Assembly: GCA_964482775.1 (NCBI GenBank)
Contig: CAYZZR010000001.1
Span: 1-36,397, forward strand
Length of the DNA stretch: 36,397 bases
Direction: 5' to 3'
DNA from: an uncultured Tissierella sp.
GTDB lineage: Bacteria; Bacillota; Clostridia; Tissierellales; Tissierellaceae
The translations under genes and the position numbers were made by a program. This document shows, one piece after another, positions 27,599 through 36,397 of the stretch (positions are counted from its first letter, which is position 1; every line of letters begins with the position of its first letter). Under the pieces are notes generated by a model. The model did no database searches, was not told the DNA's origin, and worked only from the letters and a program-made list of their open reading frames with translations.

Positions 27599-27968
27599 TA
27601 TCTTCATCCTTATCATAATGAATATCTTTATTTACTTCACTAATAAGTTTTGATAAATTTATTGCTTGCTCAATAGACTCATCCAAAATAAAAATTGGTG
27701 TTGGTGTATGTCTTAAATCAATTCTATTTCCAATTTCCTTTCTGATAAATCCTTTTGCACTATTTAGTCCATTGATAGTCTCTTCTTTTTCTTTATCGTC
27801 CCCAAGTACAGAAACATAAATTTTAGCAAAGCTTAAGTCTCTTGAAACTTCAACTCTGTTAAGAGTGGTCATTGAACTAACCCTAGGATCTTTTAATCCA
27901 TTGAATAACAAATCTGATACTACCCTTCTTACCTCTTCAGAGATTCTATTTATTCTCTTATTGTTCAT
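27585..27968 (-). CDS. rbfA: Ribosome-binding factor A
   Basis: KDPRV, VSRDLSFAKIYVS, GFIRKEIG..LRHTP; follows infB. Confidence 0.96.
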   Translation of the reverse strand: MNNKRINRISEEVRRVVSDLLFNGLKDPRVSSMTTLNRVEVSRDLSFAKIYVSVLGDDKEKEETINGLNSAKGFIRKEIGNRIDLRHTPTPIFILDESIEQAINLSKLISEVNKDIHYDKDEDNVED

Positions 27969-27982
27969 TATTACACCTCAAT

Positions 27983-30043
27983 TTATCTTTCGACTTCTTT
28001 TAGGATATAAGCCTCAAGAATGTCTCCTTCCTTAAGGTCATTGAAATTATCTAAGCCAATTCCAGCTTCAAAACCTGCAAGAACTTCTCTTGCATCATCT
28101 TTAAATCTTTTTAAAGATGAAACAGAACCATCATATGAAACAACATCGTTTCTAAGAAGTCTTATTTTTGCATTTCTTGTTAATTTACCATTCAATACAT
28201 AAATTCCTGCTATAGAGTTTCCATTAGGTAATCTAAATGTTTGTCTAACTTGTGCTCTTCCTAATACCTCTTCTACAATCTTAGGAGCATGCATTCCCTT
28301 TACAGCTGCTTGAATATCTTCAATTGCTTCATAAATAACTCTATATGTTCTAATATCGACTTCTTCCTTCTTAGATACATCAATAGCATTTAAATTAGGT
28401 CTAACATTGAAACCAATCACAATTGCATTGGATGCGGAAGCTAACATTACATCATTTTCTGTAATTCCACCTACTCCATTATGAATGATGTTTATTCTAA
28501 CTTCATCTGTATCTAATTTGCTTAAAGATTGAGCTAATGCTTCAATAGAGCCTCTTCCATCAGCTTTTATAATAATATTTAAGTCCTTAATTTCACCTTG
28601 CTTTATTCTTTCAAATAAATCATCAAGGGACACTTTCGGAGAAGATATCATTTGTTCTCTTAATACACTTTTCCTATCGTCAGCAATTTGCCTTGCTCTC
28701 TTTTCATCATCAACTACATGAAGTAAATCTCCAGAAATAGGCACCTCTGATAATCCTAAAATCATCACTGGTATTGACGGAGTAGCTTTCTTAACCTTTT
28801 TTCCTTTATCATCAAACATAGCTCTTATTCTACCACTAGCTGTTCCAGATACAACCATATCTCCAACATTTAGAGTACCTTTTTGTACTAAAACTGTTGC
28901 TATAGGACCTCTACCTTTATCTAGTTGAGCTTCAATTATGGTTCCAATAGCATTTCTATTTGGATTTGCTTTTAACTCTTGCATTTCTGCAACTAATAGA
29001 ACCATTTCCAAAATATCATCTATGCCAATTCTTTTCTTAGCAGAAACTGGTACTGCTATAGTATCTCCACCCCAATCCTCAGGTATCAATCCATTTTCAA
29101 CCAATTCTTGCTTAATTCTATCTAAATCTGCACCTTCTTTATCAATTTTGTTTATTGCTACAATAATTGGTACTTTAGCAGCCTTTGCATGAGCTATAGC
29201 TTCAATAGTTTGTGGCATAATACCATCATCAGCAGCAACTACTAATATTGCAATATCAGTAACCTGAGCTCCTCTGGCTCTCATGGCAGTGAATGCCTCA
29301 TGACCAGGAGTATCTAAAAATACTACTTTTTTGCCACTTACATTAACCGCATAGGCACCAATATGTTGCGTTATTCCACCTGCTTCGCCTGTTGTGACAC
29401 TAGTATGTCTAATAGCATCAAGTAAAGATGTTTTACCATGGTCAACGTGTCCCATTACTGTAACAACTGGTGGTCTAAGTTGAAGGTCTTTTTCATCATC
29501 TTCATAATCTAAATTAAATTCATCTTCGTCAACTTGTTTCTCAATTATATTTATCTCTACCCCAAAATCATCAGCTACAATTGCTGCAACTTCCGCATCA
29601 ATAGATTGATTTTGAGTAGCCATAACACCCATACCTATTAATTTTGATATTATCTGTGAAGGGTTTACTCCTAATTTGTCTGCAAGATCTTTTACGATAA
29701 TATTGTTCTCTATATCTATAATAAAACCATCTCCTTTTTTATCAACATTGGAATCTTCGGTATTTCCAACTTTTGATTTTGTTCCTTTATTATGTTTCTT
29801 TTTATTATTTGAAGTGTTTTTTTCTTTCTTATCATCAACATCATCTATAATTTCTTCTTCTACTTCAGTAATTGATTCATTAGATTTTTCAGTAAGTAAA
29901 TCCTTTATTAACTCCGCTTCATCGGCCTCAATAGAACTCATATGACTGTTTACAGCAATATCTAAATCTCCAATTTTTTCAATTAATTCTTTACTACTAA
30001 TATTCAATTCTTTTGCTAATTCATATACTCTGACTTTTGTCAA
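27983..30043 (-). CDS. infB: Translation initiation factor IF-2
   Basis: [29 protein letters not shown]; TTG start behind AGGAGGTG. Confidence 0.99.
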   Translation of the reverse strand: MTKVRVYELAKELNISSKELIEKIGDLDIAVNSHMSSIEADEAELIKDLLTEKSNESITEVEEEIIDDVDDKKEKNTSNNKKKHNKGTKSKVGNTEDSNVDKKGDGFIIDIENNIIVKDLADKLGVNPSQIISKLIGMGVMATQNQSIDAEVAAIVADDFGVEINIIEKQVDEDEFNLDYEDDEKDLQLRPPVVTVMGHVDHGKTSLLDAIRHTSVTTGEAGGITQHIGAYAVNVSGKKVVFLDTPGHEAFTAMRARGAQVTDIAILVVAADDGIMPQTIEAIAHAKAAKVPIIVAINKIDKEGADLDRIKQELVENGLIPEDWGGDTIAVPVSAKKRIGIDDILEMVLLVAEMQELKANPNRNAIGTIIEAQLDKGRGPIATVLVQKGTLNVGDMVVSGTASGRIRAMFDDKGKKVKKATPSIPVMILGLSEVPISGDLLHVVDDEKRARQIADDRKSVLREQMISSPKVSLDDLFERIKQGEIKDLNIIIKADGRGSIEALAQSLSKLDTDEVRINIIHNGVGGITENDVMLASASNAIVIGFNVRPNLNAIDVSKKEEVDIRTYRVIYEAIEDIQAAVKGMHAPKIVEEVLGRAQVRQTFRLPNGNSIAGIYVLNGKLTRNAKIRLLRNDVVSYDGSVSSLKRFKDDAREVLAGFEAGIGLDNFNDLKEGDILEAYILKEVER

Positions 30044-30077
30044 GTATTACACCTCCTATTTTTTTAAGGTGATAACA

Positions 30078-30341
30078 TCATTCTTTTATTATCTCTTTCA
30101 GTTTATTATATATTTCATCAGTAATTTCTATTTCTAAATTCTTAGCAAATTTTTTTGTTTTATATGCTCCTTCAAAGCATTCTATTTTAGGACAAATATA
30201 TGCTCCTCGACCATTCACTTTGCCACTTATGTCTACAGATACCTCATTTTGATTGTTTTTTACTACTCTCACAAGTTCTTTTTTAGGCTTACTTTCTCCA
30301 CAAGCAATACATTTTCTTAGAGGTACTTTTTTGCCTTTCAT
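30078..30341 (-). CDS. ylxR: YlxR/RnpM (DUF448) RNA-binding protein
   Basis: PLRKCIAC..K.KKELVRVV..GRGAYIC; true start ATG 30341 behind AGGAGTG-like SD. Confidence 0.93.
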   Translation of the reverse strand: MKGKKVPLRKCIACGESKPKKELVRVVKNNQNEVSVDISGKVNGRGAYICPKIECFEGAYKTKKFAKNLEIEITDEIYNKLKEIIKE

Positions 30342-30357
30342 GCTATCACTCCTACTC

Positions 30358-31395
30358 TTATAGAGCCTCATACTGGCTTTCAGATTTAATATCAATTTTC
30401 CAATTAGTCAATTTTGCTGCAAGCCTTGCATTTTGTCCTTCTTTTCCTATGGCTAATGATAGCTGATAATCTGGAACTACTACTATTGCAGATTTTTCTT
30501 TTTCATTTGCAGTAACCTTAACAACTTTTGAAGGACTCAAACTATTTGCAATAAATTCTTCAGAATTTTTACTCCAAATTACAATATCAATTTTTTCTCC
30601 ATTTAATTCATCAACAATTGCTTTTACCCTACTACCCTTAAAGCCAACACATGCTCCAAGTGGATCAACATCAGGATCTTTGGAGAAAACAGCAATTTTT
30701 GTTCTGGATCCAGCCTCTCTTGATATAGAATATATCTCAACTATCCCATCATTAATCTCAGGAACTTCTAACTCAAATAACCTCTTTACTAATCCAGTAT
30801 TAGCTCTTGATAATACTATCTGAGGCCCCTTAGTAGTCTTTTTTACCTCTGATATTATTAGCTTTAATCTGTCACCTTGATTGTACTCTTCCCCATCTAT
30901 TTGCTCAGTTGGGGGTAATATTCCTTCAGTTTTTCCTAAGTCTATATATATGTTGTTCTTAGAAATTCTTTGAATTTGTCCAGTAATAATTTCATTCTCT
31001 CTGTTTATAAACTCATCGTATATAACATCTCTTTCAGCATCCTTAATTCTTTGGATAACTACCTGTTTAGCTGTTTGAGCAGCTATACGTCCAAAATCCT
31101 TAGGAGTAATTTCTATTTTTACTAAATCACCTATTTGATGTTTCTCATCTATTTCTTTAGCATCTTCAAGAGAAATTTGTAGATACTCATTTTCAACATC
31201 CTCAACTACATCCTTAGTTGCATACACTTTGACTGCGCCTGTTTCTCTATCCATTTCAACAAGAACATTTTGAGCGGAATTAAAATTCTTCTTGTAACTT
31301 GAAATAAGTGCAGATTCTAAAGTATCAAAAATTATTTCTTTAGATATCCCCTTTTCTCTTTCAATTTCGTGTAGGGCATCTATAAAATCTCCCAT
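30358..31395 (-). CDS. nusA: Transcription termination/antitermination factor NusA
   Basis: FGRIAAQTAKQV, FELEVPEI, REAGSRTKIAV, AIGKEGQNARLAAKLT. Confidence 0.99.
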   Translation of the reverse strand: MGDFIDALHEIEREKGISKEIIFDTLESALISSYKKNFNSAQNVLVEMDRETGAVKVYATKDVVEDVENEYLQISLEDAKEIDEKHQIGDLVKIEITPKDFGRIAAQTAKQVVIQRIKDAERDVIYDEFINRENEIITGQIQRISKNNIYIDLGKTEGILPPTEQIDGEEYNQGDRLKLIISEVKKTTKGPQIVLSRANTGLVKRLFELEVPEINDGIVEIYSISREAGSRTKIAVFSKDPDVDPLGACVGFKGSRVKAIVDELNGEKIDIVIWSKNSEEFIANSLSPSKVVKVTANEKEKSAIVVVPDYQLSLAIGKEGQNARLAAKLTNWKIDIKSESQYEAL

Positions 31396-31408
31396 TCAAT
31401 AAACCTCC

Positions 31409-31879
31409 TTAAAATTTCAATGCTAACTTTACAACGGATATTAATTCTCTAGGTATTTCAATTTTATTATCTTGTTCGTTTTCATTACTAAGTATAATGT
31501 TTTGATCATTATAACTATCTAATCTACCTTCATAATTTTTCTTGTTATTATAAATAGAAAACAGGCTTATTTCAACATCCTTGCCAATATTTCTATTTAA
31601 ATCTTTATCTGTTTTTAATGGTCTATCTAGACCAGGAGATGATACTTCTAAAAAATATGCAGTGCTAATTGGATCTTTAGCATCCAACTTTTCACTTAAT
31701 ATTTCGCTCATATTTTGACAGTCATCAAGATTAATTCCGCCCACTTTATCAATATATACCCTTAAATAGTAACTACCATATTCTTTGATATATTCTACAT
31801 CTACTAATTCATAGTTTAAGCTCTCGGCTATTGGCTCACAAATGGCAATTATCTCTTTAATAACTTCTTTTTTATTCAT
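31409..31879 (-). CDS. rimP: Ribosome maturation factor RimP
   Basis: ELVDVEY, LRVYIDK, LEVSSPGLDRPL. Confidence 0.97.
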   Translation of the reverse strand: MNKKEVIKEIIAICEPIAESLNYELVDVEYIKEYGSYYLRVYIDKVGGINLDDCQNMSEILSEKLDAKDPISTAYFLEVSSPGLDRPLKTDKDLNRNIGKDVEISLFSIYNNKKNYEGRLDSYNDQNIILSNENEQDNKIEIPRELISVVKLALKF

Positions 31880-31914
31880 AAAACACCTCCAACATTAATT
31901 TTCTTCCCCATAAT

Positions 31915-31943
31915 AAAAATCAAGAGTGGGTAAACCCACTCTT
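31915..31943 (-). promoter_or_regulatory. rimP leader hairpin (attenuator-like)
   Basis: AAGAGTGGG-ttta-CCCACTCTT-GATTTTT between promoter and SD; matches the known GAGTGGG..CCCACTC leader of rimP-nusA-infB operons. Confidence 0.75.
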
Positions 31944-31973
31944 TGCCAGAAAAACCTTATCATTGTCTAAATT

Positions 31974-32002
31974 ATTATATCACATTCTATTTTAGAAATC
32001 AA
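31974..32002 (-). promoter_or_regulatory. SigA-type promoter of the rimP-nusA-infB operon
   Basis: TTGATT-17 nt-TATAAT with extended -10 TG. Confidence 0.75.
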
Positions 32003-32126
32003 ATATTAAATAGGCTAAATTCATTGTTTTAGGCTCTTCTTTAAAGGTAAGATCTTGATTATTGCTTTACTTATCATAATACTTAATTAAATCATTAGTA
32101 ATAGATGAGATTTGGTAGATTGCTTA

Positions 32127-33176
32127 TTACAATTTCTTTATTTCATTAATAAGCTCTTGTAATAAATCTTCTTCTTTTACCTTTTTTACAATCTGTCCCT
32201 TCATAAATATTAGCCCTTCACCATCCCCACCAGCTATTCCTATATCAGCTTCTTTAGCTTCTCCAGGACCATTAACAGCACATCCCATAATTGCAACTTT
32301 TATATGTTTGTCAATTCCTTCTAGCAATCTTTCTGCTTCTTCAGCAATTTGAATTAGGTTTATATTTGTTCTACCGCAAGTAGGGCATGATATTAATTCT
32401 AATCCTTCATTTAATAATCCTAGTGATTTTAGTATTTCCTTTCCAACCCTTACCTCTTCAATAGGATCTCCAGTCAAGGAAACTCTAATAGTATCACCAA
32501 TTCCCATTGATAATAAAGCACCAATTCCGACTGATGACTTAATTGTTCCACGCCAAGGTGTTCCAGCTTCTGTGACACCTAAATGTAAAGGATAATCTCT
32601 AACCTCAGACATCATTTTATAGGACTCGATTGTCAATGGAACATTGCTAGCTTTTAAAGAGATTTTTATATCACTAAAATTTAGTTCTTCAAGTATATTG
32701 ATTTGTTCCAATGCACTATAGACCATAGATTGAGCATTAACTCCATTATATTTTTCTAAAAATTCCTTTTTAACTGAGCCAGAATTAACACCTACTCTAA
32801 TTGAAAGATTATTAGCTTTACATGCCTCAACTACATTTTTTACATTTTCCTTACTTCCAATGTTTCCAGGATTAATTCTCAATCCATCAATTCCATATTT
32901 TATAGCCTCTAATGCTAGTTTATAGTCAAATTGGATGTCAGCAATCATTGGTATATTAATCTGCTTCTTAATCTCCTTAATTGCTTTAGCATCTTCAATC
33001 GATGAAATAGAGGATCTTATAATATCACAGCCTACTTCTTCTAATCTCTTTATTTGAGCTATAGTGCTTAATACGTCAGAAGTTCTGGTATTTGTCATAG
33101 ATTGAATGCTTATAGGATTGTCTCCTCCTATAAGGACATTTCCTACTTGTATAACTCTAGTTTTCTTTCCTTTCAT
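32127..33176 (-). CDS. ispG: (E)-4-hydroxy-3-methylbut-2-enyl-diphosphate synthase
   Basis: QSMTNT, RINPGNIG, PLHLGVTEAG, GDTIRVSL, Fe-S ligands CPTCGR and MGCAVNGPGE. Confidence 0.98.
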   Translation of the reverse strand: MKGKKTRVIQVGNVLIGGDNPISIQSMTNTRTSDVLSTIAQIKRLEEVGCDIIRSSISSIEDAKAIKEIKKQINIPMIADIQFDYKLALEAIKYGIDGLRINPGNIGSKENVKNVVEACKANNLSIRVGVNSGSVKKEFLEKYNGVNAQSMVYSALEQINILEELNFSDIKISLKASNVPLTIESYKMMSEVRDYPLHLGVTEAGTPWRGTIKSSVGIGALLSMGIGDTIRVSLTGDPIEEVRVGKEILKSLGLLNEGLELISCPTCGRTNINLIQIAEEAERLLEGIDKHIKVAIMGCAVNGPGEAKEADIGIAGGDGEGLIFMKGQIVKKVKEEDLLQELINEIKKL

Positions 33177-33185
33177 TTATGCCTC

Positions 33186-34190
33186 CTAAAACATATTAAT
33201 CTTAATTAAATCTTTATAGGTCACGATTAGCATCAAAGAGATTAAAAGAACAAAACCAACAAAATGAATGAAGCTTTCTTTATCTGGATCGATCGGCTTT
33301 CCTCTGAATAACTCTATAATCAAGAATACTATGCGACTTCCATCTAGTGCAGGAATTGGTAGCAAATTAAAAAAACCTAAATTTACACTAATAAACCCTA
33401 ATAAATACAATAGGTTTAGTATCCCAGTATTTGCTGCCCTACCAATTTCTGATATAACACCAACTGGACCTGATAAATCACCAGTGCTAATATTCCCTTG
33501 AAATACACTCTTTATAAAATCAACCATCAAGCTTAGGAATAAGAGTGTATCATTTACTCCACCCTTTAAAGCAGAAGCAAATGATTTTTCATATTTTGGA
33601 ACTATCCCAATCATAGTTCTTCCATCTTCTTTAATTGGTTTTATATTTATCTTTACCTCTTCATTGCCTCTACTAATTGAAATTGCTAGATCATCTTCAG
33701 CACTTGAATCACTTATAGTTTTAGATAATTTATTCCAACTATCAATTTCTATATTATTTATACTAGTAATTTTATCGTTTACTAATACTCCACTATATTC
33801 TGCTGGTGAATCTTGTATTATTTCACCTATTGTTGTAGTAGGGGTACCTACGCTATAGGCTACAATTGAAAGAACTACTATTGCCAATACAAAGTTCATT
33901 ATTGCACCGGCAGCAACAACAGCAATTCTTGATAGTGGTGAAACTTTAGAAAAACTTCTTGGATCATCGGAATTTTCATCCTCACCCTCCATTTTTACAT
34001 AACCACCTATTGGTAATAACCTTAAAGTATATTGAGTATCTCCTTTAATTTTTTGTATTAATTTTGGCCCCATTCCAATTGCAAATTCATTTACTTTTAT
34101 TCCAACTAATTTTGCTATTGTAAAGTGACCTAGTTCATGCAATAGTACTACTAACAAAAATACAAATATTGCAGCAACTGCTGTTTGCAT
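33186..34190 (-). CDS. rseP: RIP metalloprotease RseP/RasP
   Basis: HELGH, LLPIGGYV, PDZ domain, NLLPIPALDG; start ATG 34190 behind AGGTGGTG. Confidence 0.96.
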   Translation of the reverse strand: MQTAVAAIFVFLLVVLLHELGHFTIAKLVGIKVNEFAIGMGPKLIQKIKGDTQYTLRLLPIGGYVKMEGEDENSDDPRSFSKVSPLSRIAVVAAGAIMNFVLAIVVLSIVAYSVGTPTTTIGEIIQDSPAEYSGVLVNDKITSINNIEIDSWNKLSKTISDSSAEDDLAISISRGNEEVKINIKPIKEDGRTMIGIVPKYEKSFASALKGGVNDTLLFLSLMVDFIKSVFQGNISTGDLSGPVGVISEIGRAANTGILNLLYLLGFISVNLGFFNLLPIPALDGSRIVFLIIELFRGKPIDPDKESFIHFVGFVLLISLMLIVTYKDLIKINMF

Positions 34191-34203
34191 ATTAACACCA
34201 CCT

Positions 34204-34977
34204 TTAAATAAAATATCTGACAAGATAATATATTACTGGAGCAGTAAGGATTATGCTGTCAAATCTATCAATTATACCCCCGTGACCTGGAATAATATTA
34301 CCAAAATCTTTAATGCCAGTTTCCCTTTTTATTCTTGAAGCAACTAGGTCACCTATTTGCGAAATAATTGAAGTAACTATTGAAAGAATTGATAACTTCC
34401 ATAATGGACCTATATTCATAAACATCGAATATATAATAGTCAATATTAAACTACCTAATACTCCACCTATGGAACCTTCAATTGTTTTATTAGGGCTAAT
34501 TTTTGGACATAATTTATTCTTTCCAAAAAGATTCCCTGCAAAATATGCAAAAGTATCCGTTCCAAAAGCAATAATAAAAACTAACCATATGTACTTCGTA
34601 CCATCTAAATAACTTACATGGAAAAGTAAAAATGGAATATAGAATATTCCAAACAATGTAGTCCCAATACTTGCTACATTAGAGTTTTTATTAAATAAAA
34701 AGTAAATGAGTAATATAAGTATAATTGTTGTTACTACAAAATCTATTGTAATATTTGGCATTATGCTATTTAGAAAAATAATAATAGAACTATAAAGTCC
34801 GACTAAGTCATTTGGTTTCTGATTTATTTTTCTCATTGCATTATTGAATTCATAAATTCCTACAATTGATAATATTAAAATAGATACAGATAGAAATAAT
34901 CCACCTTTATTTACTATAAATACAAGTAAAAGTATGCCTAATATCCCTGAAAACGTCCTAGTCCCCAGACCATTCAT
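34204..34977 (-). CDS. cdsA: Phosphatidate cytidylyltransferase
   Basis: Polytopic; DTFAYFAG, ISPNKTIEG, SRIKR..IKDFG.IIPGHGGIIDRFD. Confidence 0.97.
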   Translation of the reverse strand: MNGLGTRTFSGILGILLLVFIVNKGGLFLSVSILILSIVGIYEFNNAMRKINQKPNDLVGLYSSIIIFLNSIMPNITIDFVVTTIILILLIYFLFNKNSNVASIGTTLFGIFYIPFLLFHVSYLDGTKYIWLVFIIAFGTDTFAYFAGNLFGKNKLCPKISPNKTIEGSIGGVLGSLILTIIYSMFMNIGPLWKLSILSIVTSIISQIGDLVASRIKRETGIKDFGNIIPGHGGIIDRFDSIILTAPVIYYLVRYFI

Positions 34978-35718
34978 TTATATTCCCCCAAACCGTCTAT
35001 TTCTATTTTGATAATCAATTATAGCTAAATATAAATCTTTCTTATGAAAATCTGGCCAAAGAACATCTGAAAACCAGAATTCAGCATATGCAATTTGATA
35101 TAAAAGAAAATTACTTAATCTAAGCTCTCCACTAGGTCTAATCAATAAATCAGGATCTGGTTGATTCCTTGTATATAAATAATTTGAAAATGATTCAGTA
35201 TTTAAATCATATAATGATATATTACCCAATTCAAGGTCTTTTAAATATTCTTTTATGCCATTTACTATTTCATCTCTACCACCATAGTTTAAAGCTATAT
35301 TAAGTGTCATCTTAGTATTGTTTTTAGTTTTATCTACTGCTTTCTCAACTTCTTTTCTTGGTTTATCTGGTAGTTTTGATATGTCACCTAATATATTGAG
35401 TTTGATATTGTTCTTATGTAATTTTTCTAGCTCCTGTCTAATATACAGTACTAATATATTCATAAGTCCATTAATTTCTGTAATTGGTCTCTTCCAGTTT
35501 TCGGTAGAAAAAGCATATAAAGTTAAGTGCTTGATCCCAATCTCTGAAGCACTTTCAACTACTTCTATGACCCTTTCCATACCTTCTTGATGCCCAAAAT
35601 TTCTTGGTAATGCTCTTTTTTTAGCCCACCTACCATTACCATCCATTATAATAGCAATATGTTTAGGTAATTTATCCATATCGATTTTTGCTAATAGTTC
35701 CTTATTGTTCAAGCTCAT
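34978..35718 (-). CDS. uppS: Undecaprenyl diphosphate synthase
   Basis: HIAIIMDGNGRWA, FSTENWKRP, NYGGR, RPSGELRLSNFLLYQ; start ATG 35718 behind GGAGG. Confidence 0.98.
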   Translation of the reverse strand: MSLNNKELLAKIDMDKLPKHIAIIMDGNGRWAKKRALPRNFGHQEGMERVIEVVESASEIGIKHLTLYAFSTENWKRPITEINGLMNILVLYIRQELEKLHKNNIKLNILGDISKLPDKPRKEVEKAVDKTKNNTKMTLNIALNYGGRDEIVNGIKEYLKDLELGNISLYDLNTESFSNYLYTRNQPDPDLLIRPSGELRLSNFLLYQIAYAEFWFSDVLWPDFHKKDLYLAIIDYQNRNRRFGGI

Positions 35719-35733
35719 AATTACCTCCATCAT

Positions 35734-35762
35734 AAAAAACCCCTTCTATTGAAGGGGTTTTT
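35734..35762 (-). terminator. Intrinsic terminator between frr and uppS
   Basis: AAAAACCCCTTC-aata-GAAGGGGTTTTTT. Confidence 0.85.
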
Positions 35763-35813
35763 AGTTGCTAAACTAACACGCTCCCTAAGCCTAAAAGCTT
35801 GGGCTCTAGTATA

Positions 35814-36380
35814 TTAAATTTCCATAAGTTCTTCTTCTTTGTTTTTTGTCACTAAATCAACTTGATCAATATATTTGTCAGTTAATTTTTGCAGGTCATC
35901 CTCTGATTTTTTTAATTCATCTTCGGTTATCTCTTTGCTTTTTTCAAGTTTCTTTACTTTATCTATAACATCTCTACGTGTATTTCTAATAGCAACCTTT
36001 GCATTCTCACCGTTTTTTCTAACTGTTTTTATAAGTTCTTTTCTTCTTTCTTCTGTTAATGAAGGTATTATTAGTCTAATTACCTTTCCATCGTTAGAAG
36101 GATTTAATCCAAGGTCAGATTTTAGTATTTCCTTCTCTATTATTGGAATTAACTTAGATTCCCAAGGTTGTATTACCAATAATCTTGGCTCAGGTGAAGA
36201 AACACTTCCAACTTGTTTAAGTGGAGTTACTTGACCATAATAATCAATATTGATCCTATCAAGTAATGTTGGATTAGCCCTACCTGCTCTAATACTTTGT
36301 AAGTCCTCTTTGTATACAGAGACAGTCTTGATCATTTTTGATTCTGCTTCCTTTTGAAGTTCTACGCTGACGTTTTCCAT
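35814..36380 (-). CDS. frr: Ribosome recycling factor
   Basis: IRAGRANP, YYG..TPL, SDLGLNP, LTEERRKEL, AKVAIRN.RR; start uncertain at the window edge. Confidence 0.97.
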   Translation of the reverse strand: MENVSVELQKEAESKMIKTVSVYKEDLQSIRAGRANPTLLDRINIDYYGQVTPLKQVGSVSSPEPRLLVIQPWESKLIPIIEKEILKSDLGLNPSNDGKVIRLIIPSLTEERRKELIKTVRKNGENAKVAIRNTRRDVIDKVKKLEKSKEITEDELKKSEDDLQKLTDKYIDQVDLVTKNKEEELMEI

Positions 36381-36397
36381 AGCATTATACTGTCCAG

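Noticed and set aside
4552-36234. Short plus-strand ORFs antisense to core genes, and the nested minus-strand ORF 10539-10727
   Set aside because: Shadow frames of well-supported genes, with biased composition and no recognisable motifs
36360-36397. frr 5' end lacking an SD, possible rearrangement or misassembly
   Set aside because: Only 17 nt of upstream sequence are visible, too little to judge
1-36397. CRISPR arrays, rRNA, tRNA, IS elements
   Set aside because: No regularly spaced repeats, cloverleaf or rRNA-like segments, or transposase ORFs seen; intergenic gaps are mostly short

Overview
Low-GC, clostridial-type Firmicute core chromosome; the lineage (possibly Tissierellia-like) is inferred only. 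No mobile element, CRISPR array, rRNA or tRNA was seen. Most of the window is the conserved minus-strand run frr-uppS-cdsA-rseP-ispG-rimP-nusA-ylxR-infB-rbfA-DHH-truB-ribF-rpsO-pnp-deacetylase-M16 peptidase-dut-PRC barrel-tepA-ftsK-rimO-pgsA-cinA-recA...rny-spoVS-PHP-PadR-aminotransferase-tyrosine recombinase. It converges on a plus-strand ynbB-like gene and the divergent lexA/yneA SOS pair. Two things stand out. (1) A tightly coupled four-gene module between recA and rny encodes an Mre11/SbcD-type nuclease plus a Rad50/SbcC-like ATPase apparently split at the zinc hook: an N-half with 47-aa repeats ending in CPFC, an 82-aa coiled coil, and a C-half with a non-canonical signature. (2) A solitary Xer-like recombinase is preceded by a symmetric 11-6-11 dif-like site and a second palindrome with XerD-like arms, near where gene orientation flips, so this may be the replication terminus. 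Smaller oddities: a probable ATT start codon for rny, a hairpin-bridged Shine-Dalgarno (SD) for recA, and absence of dxr, ylxQ and polC from their usual slots, with possible scars. All assignments come from motif reading by eye; no database search was run.
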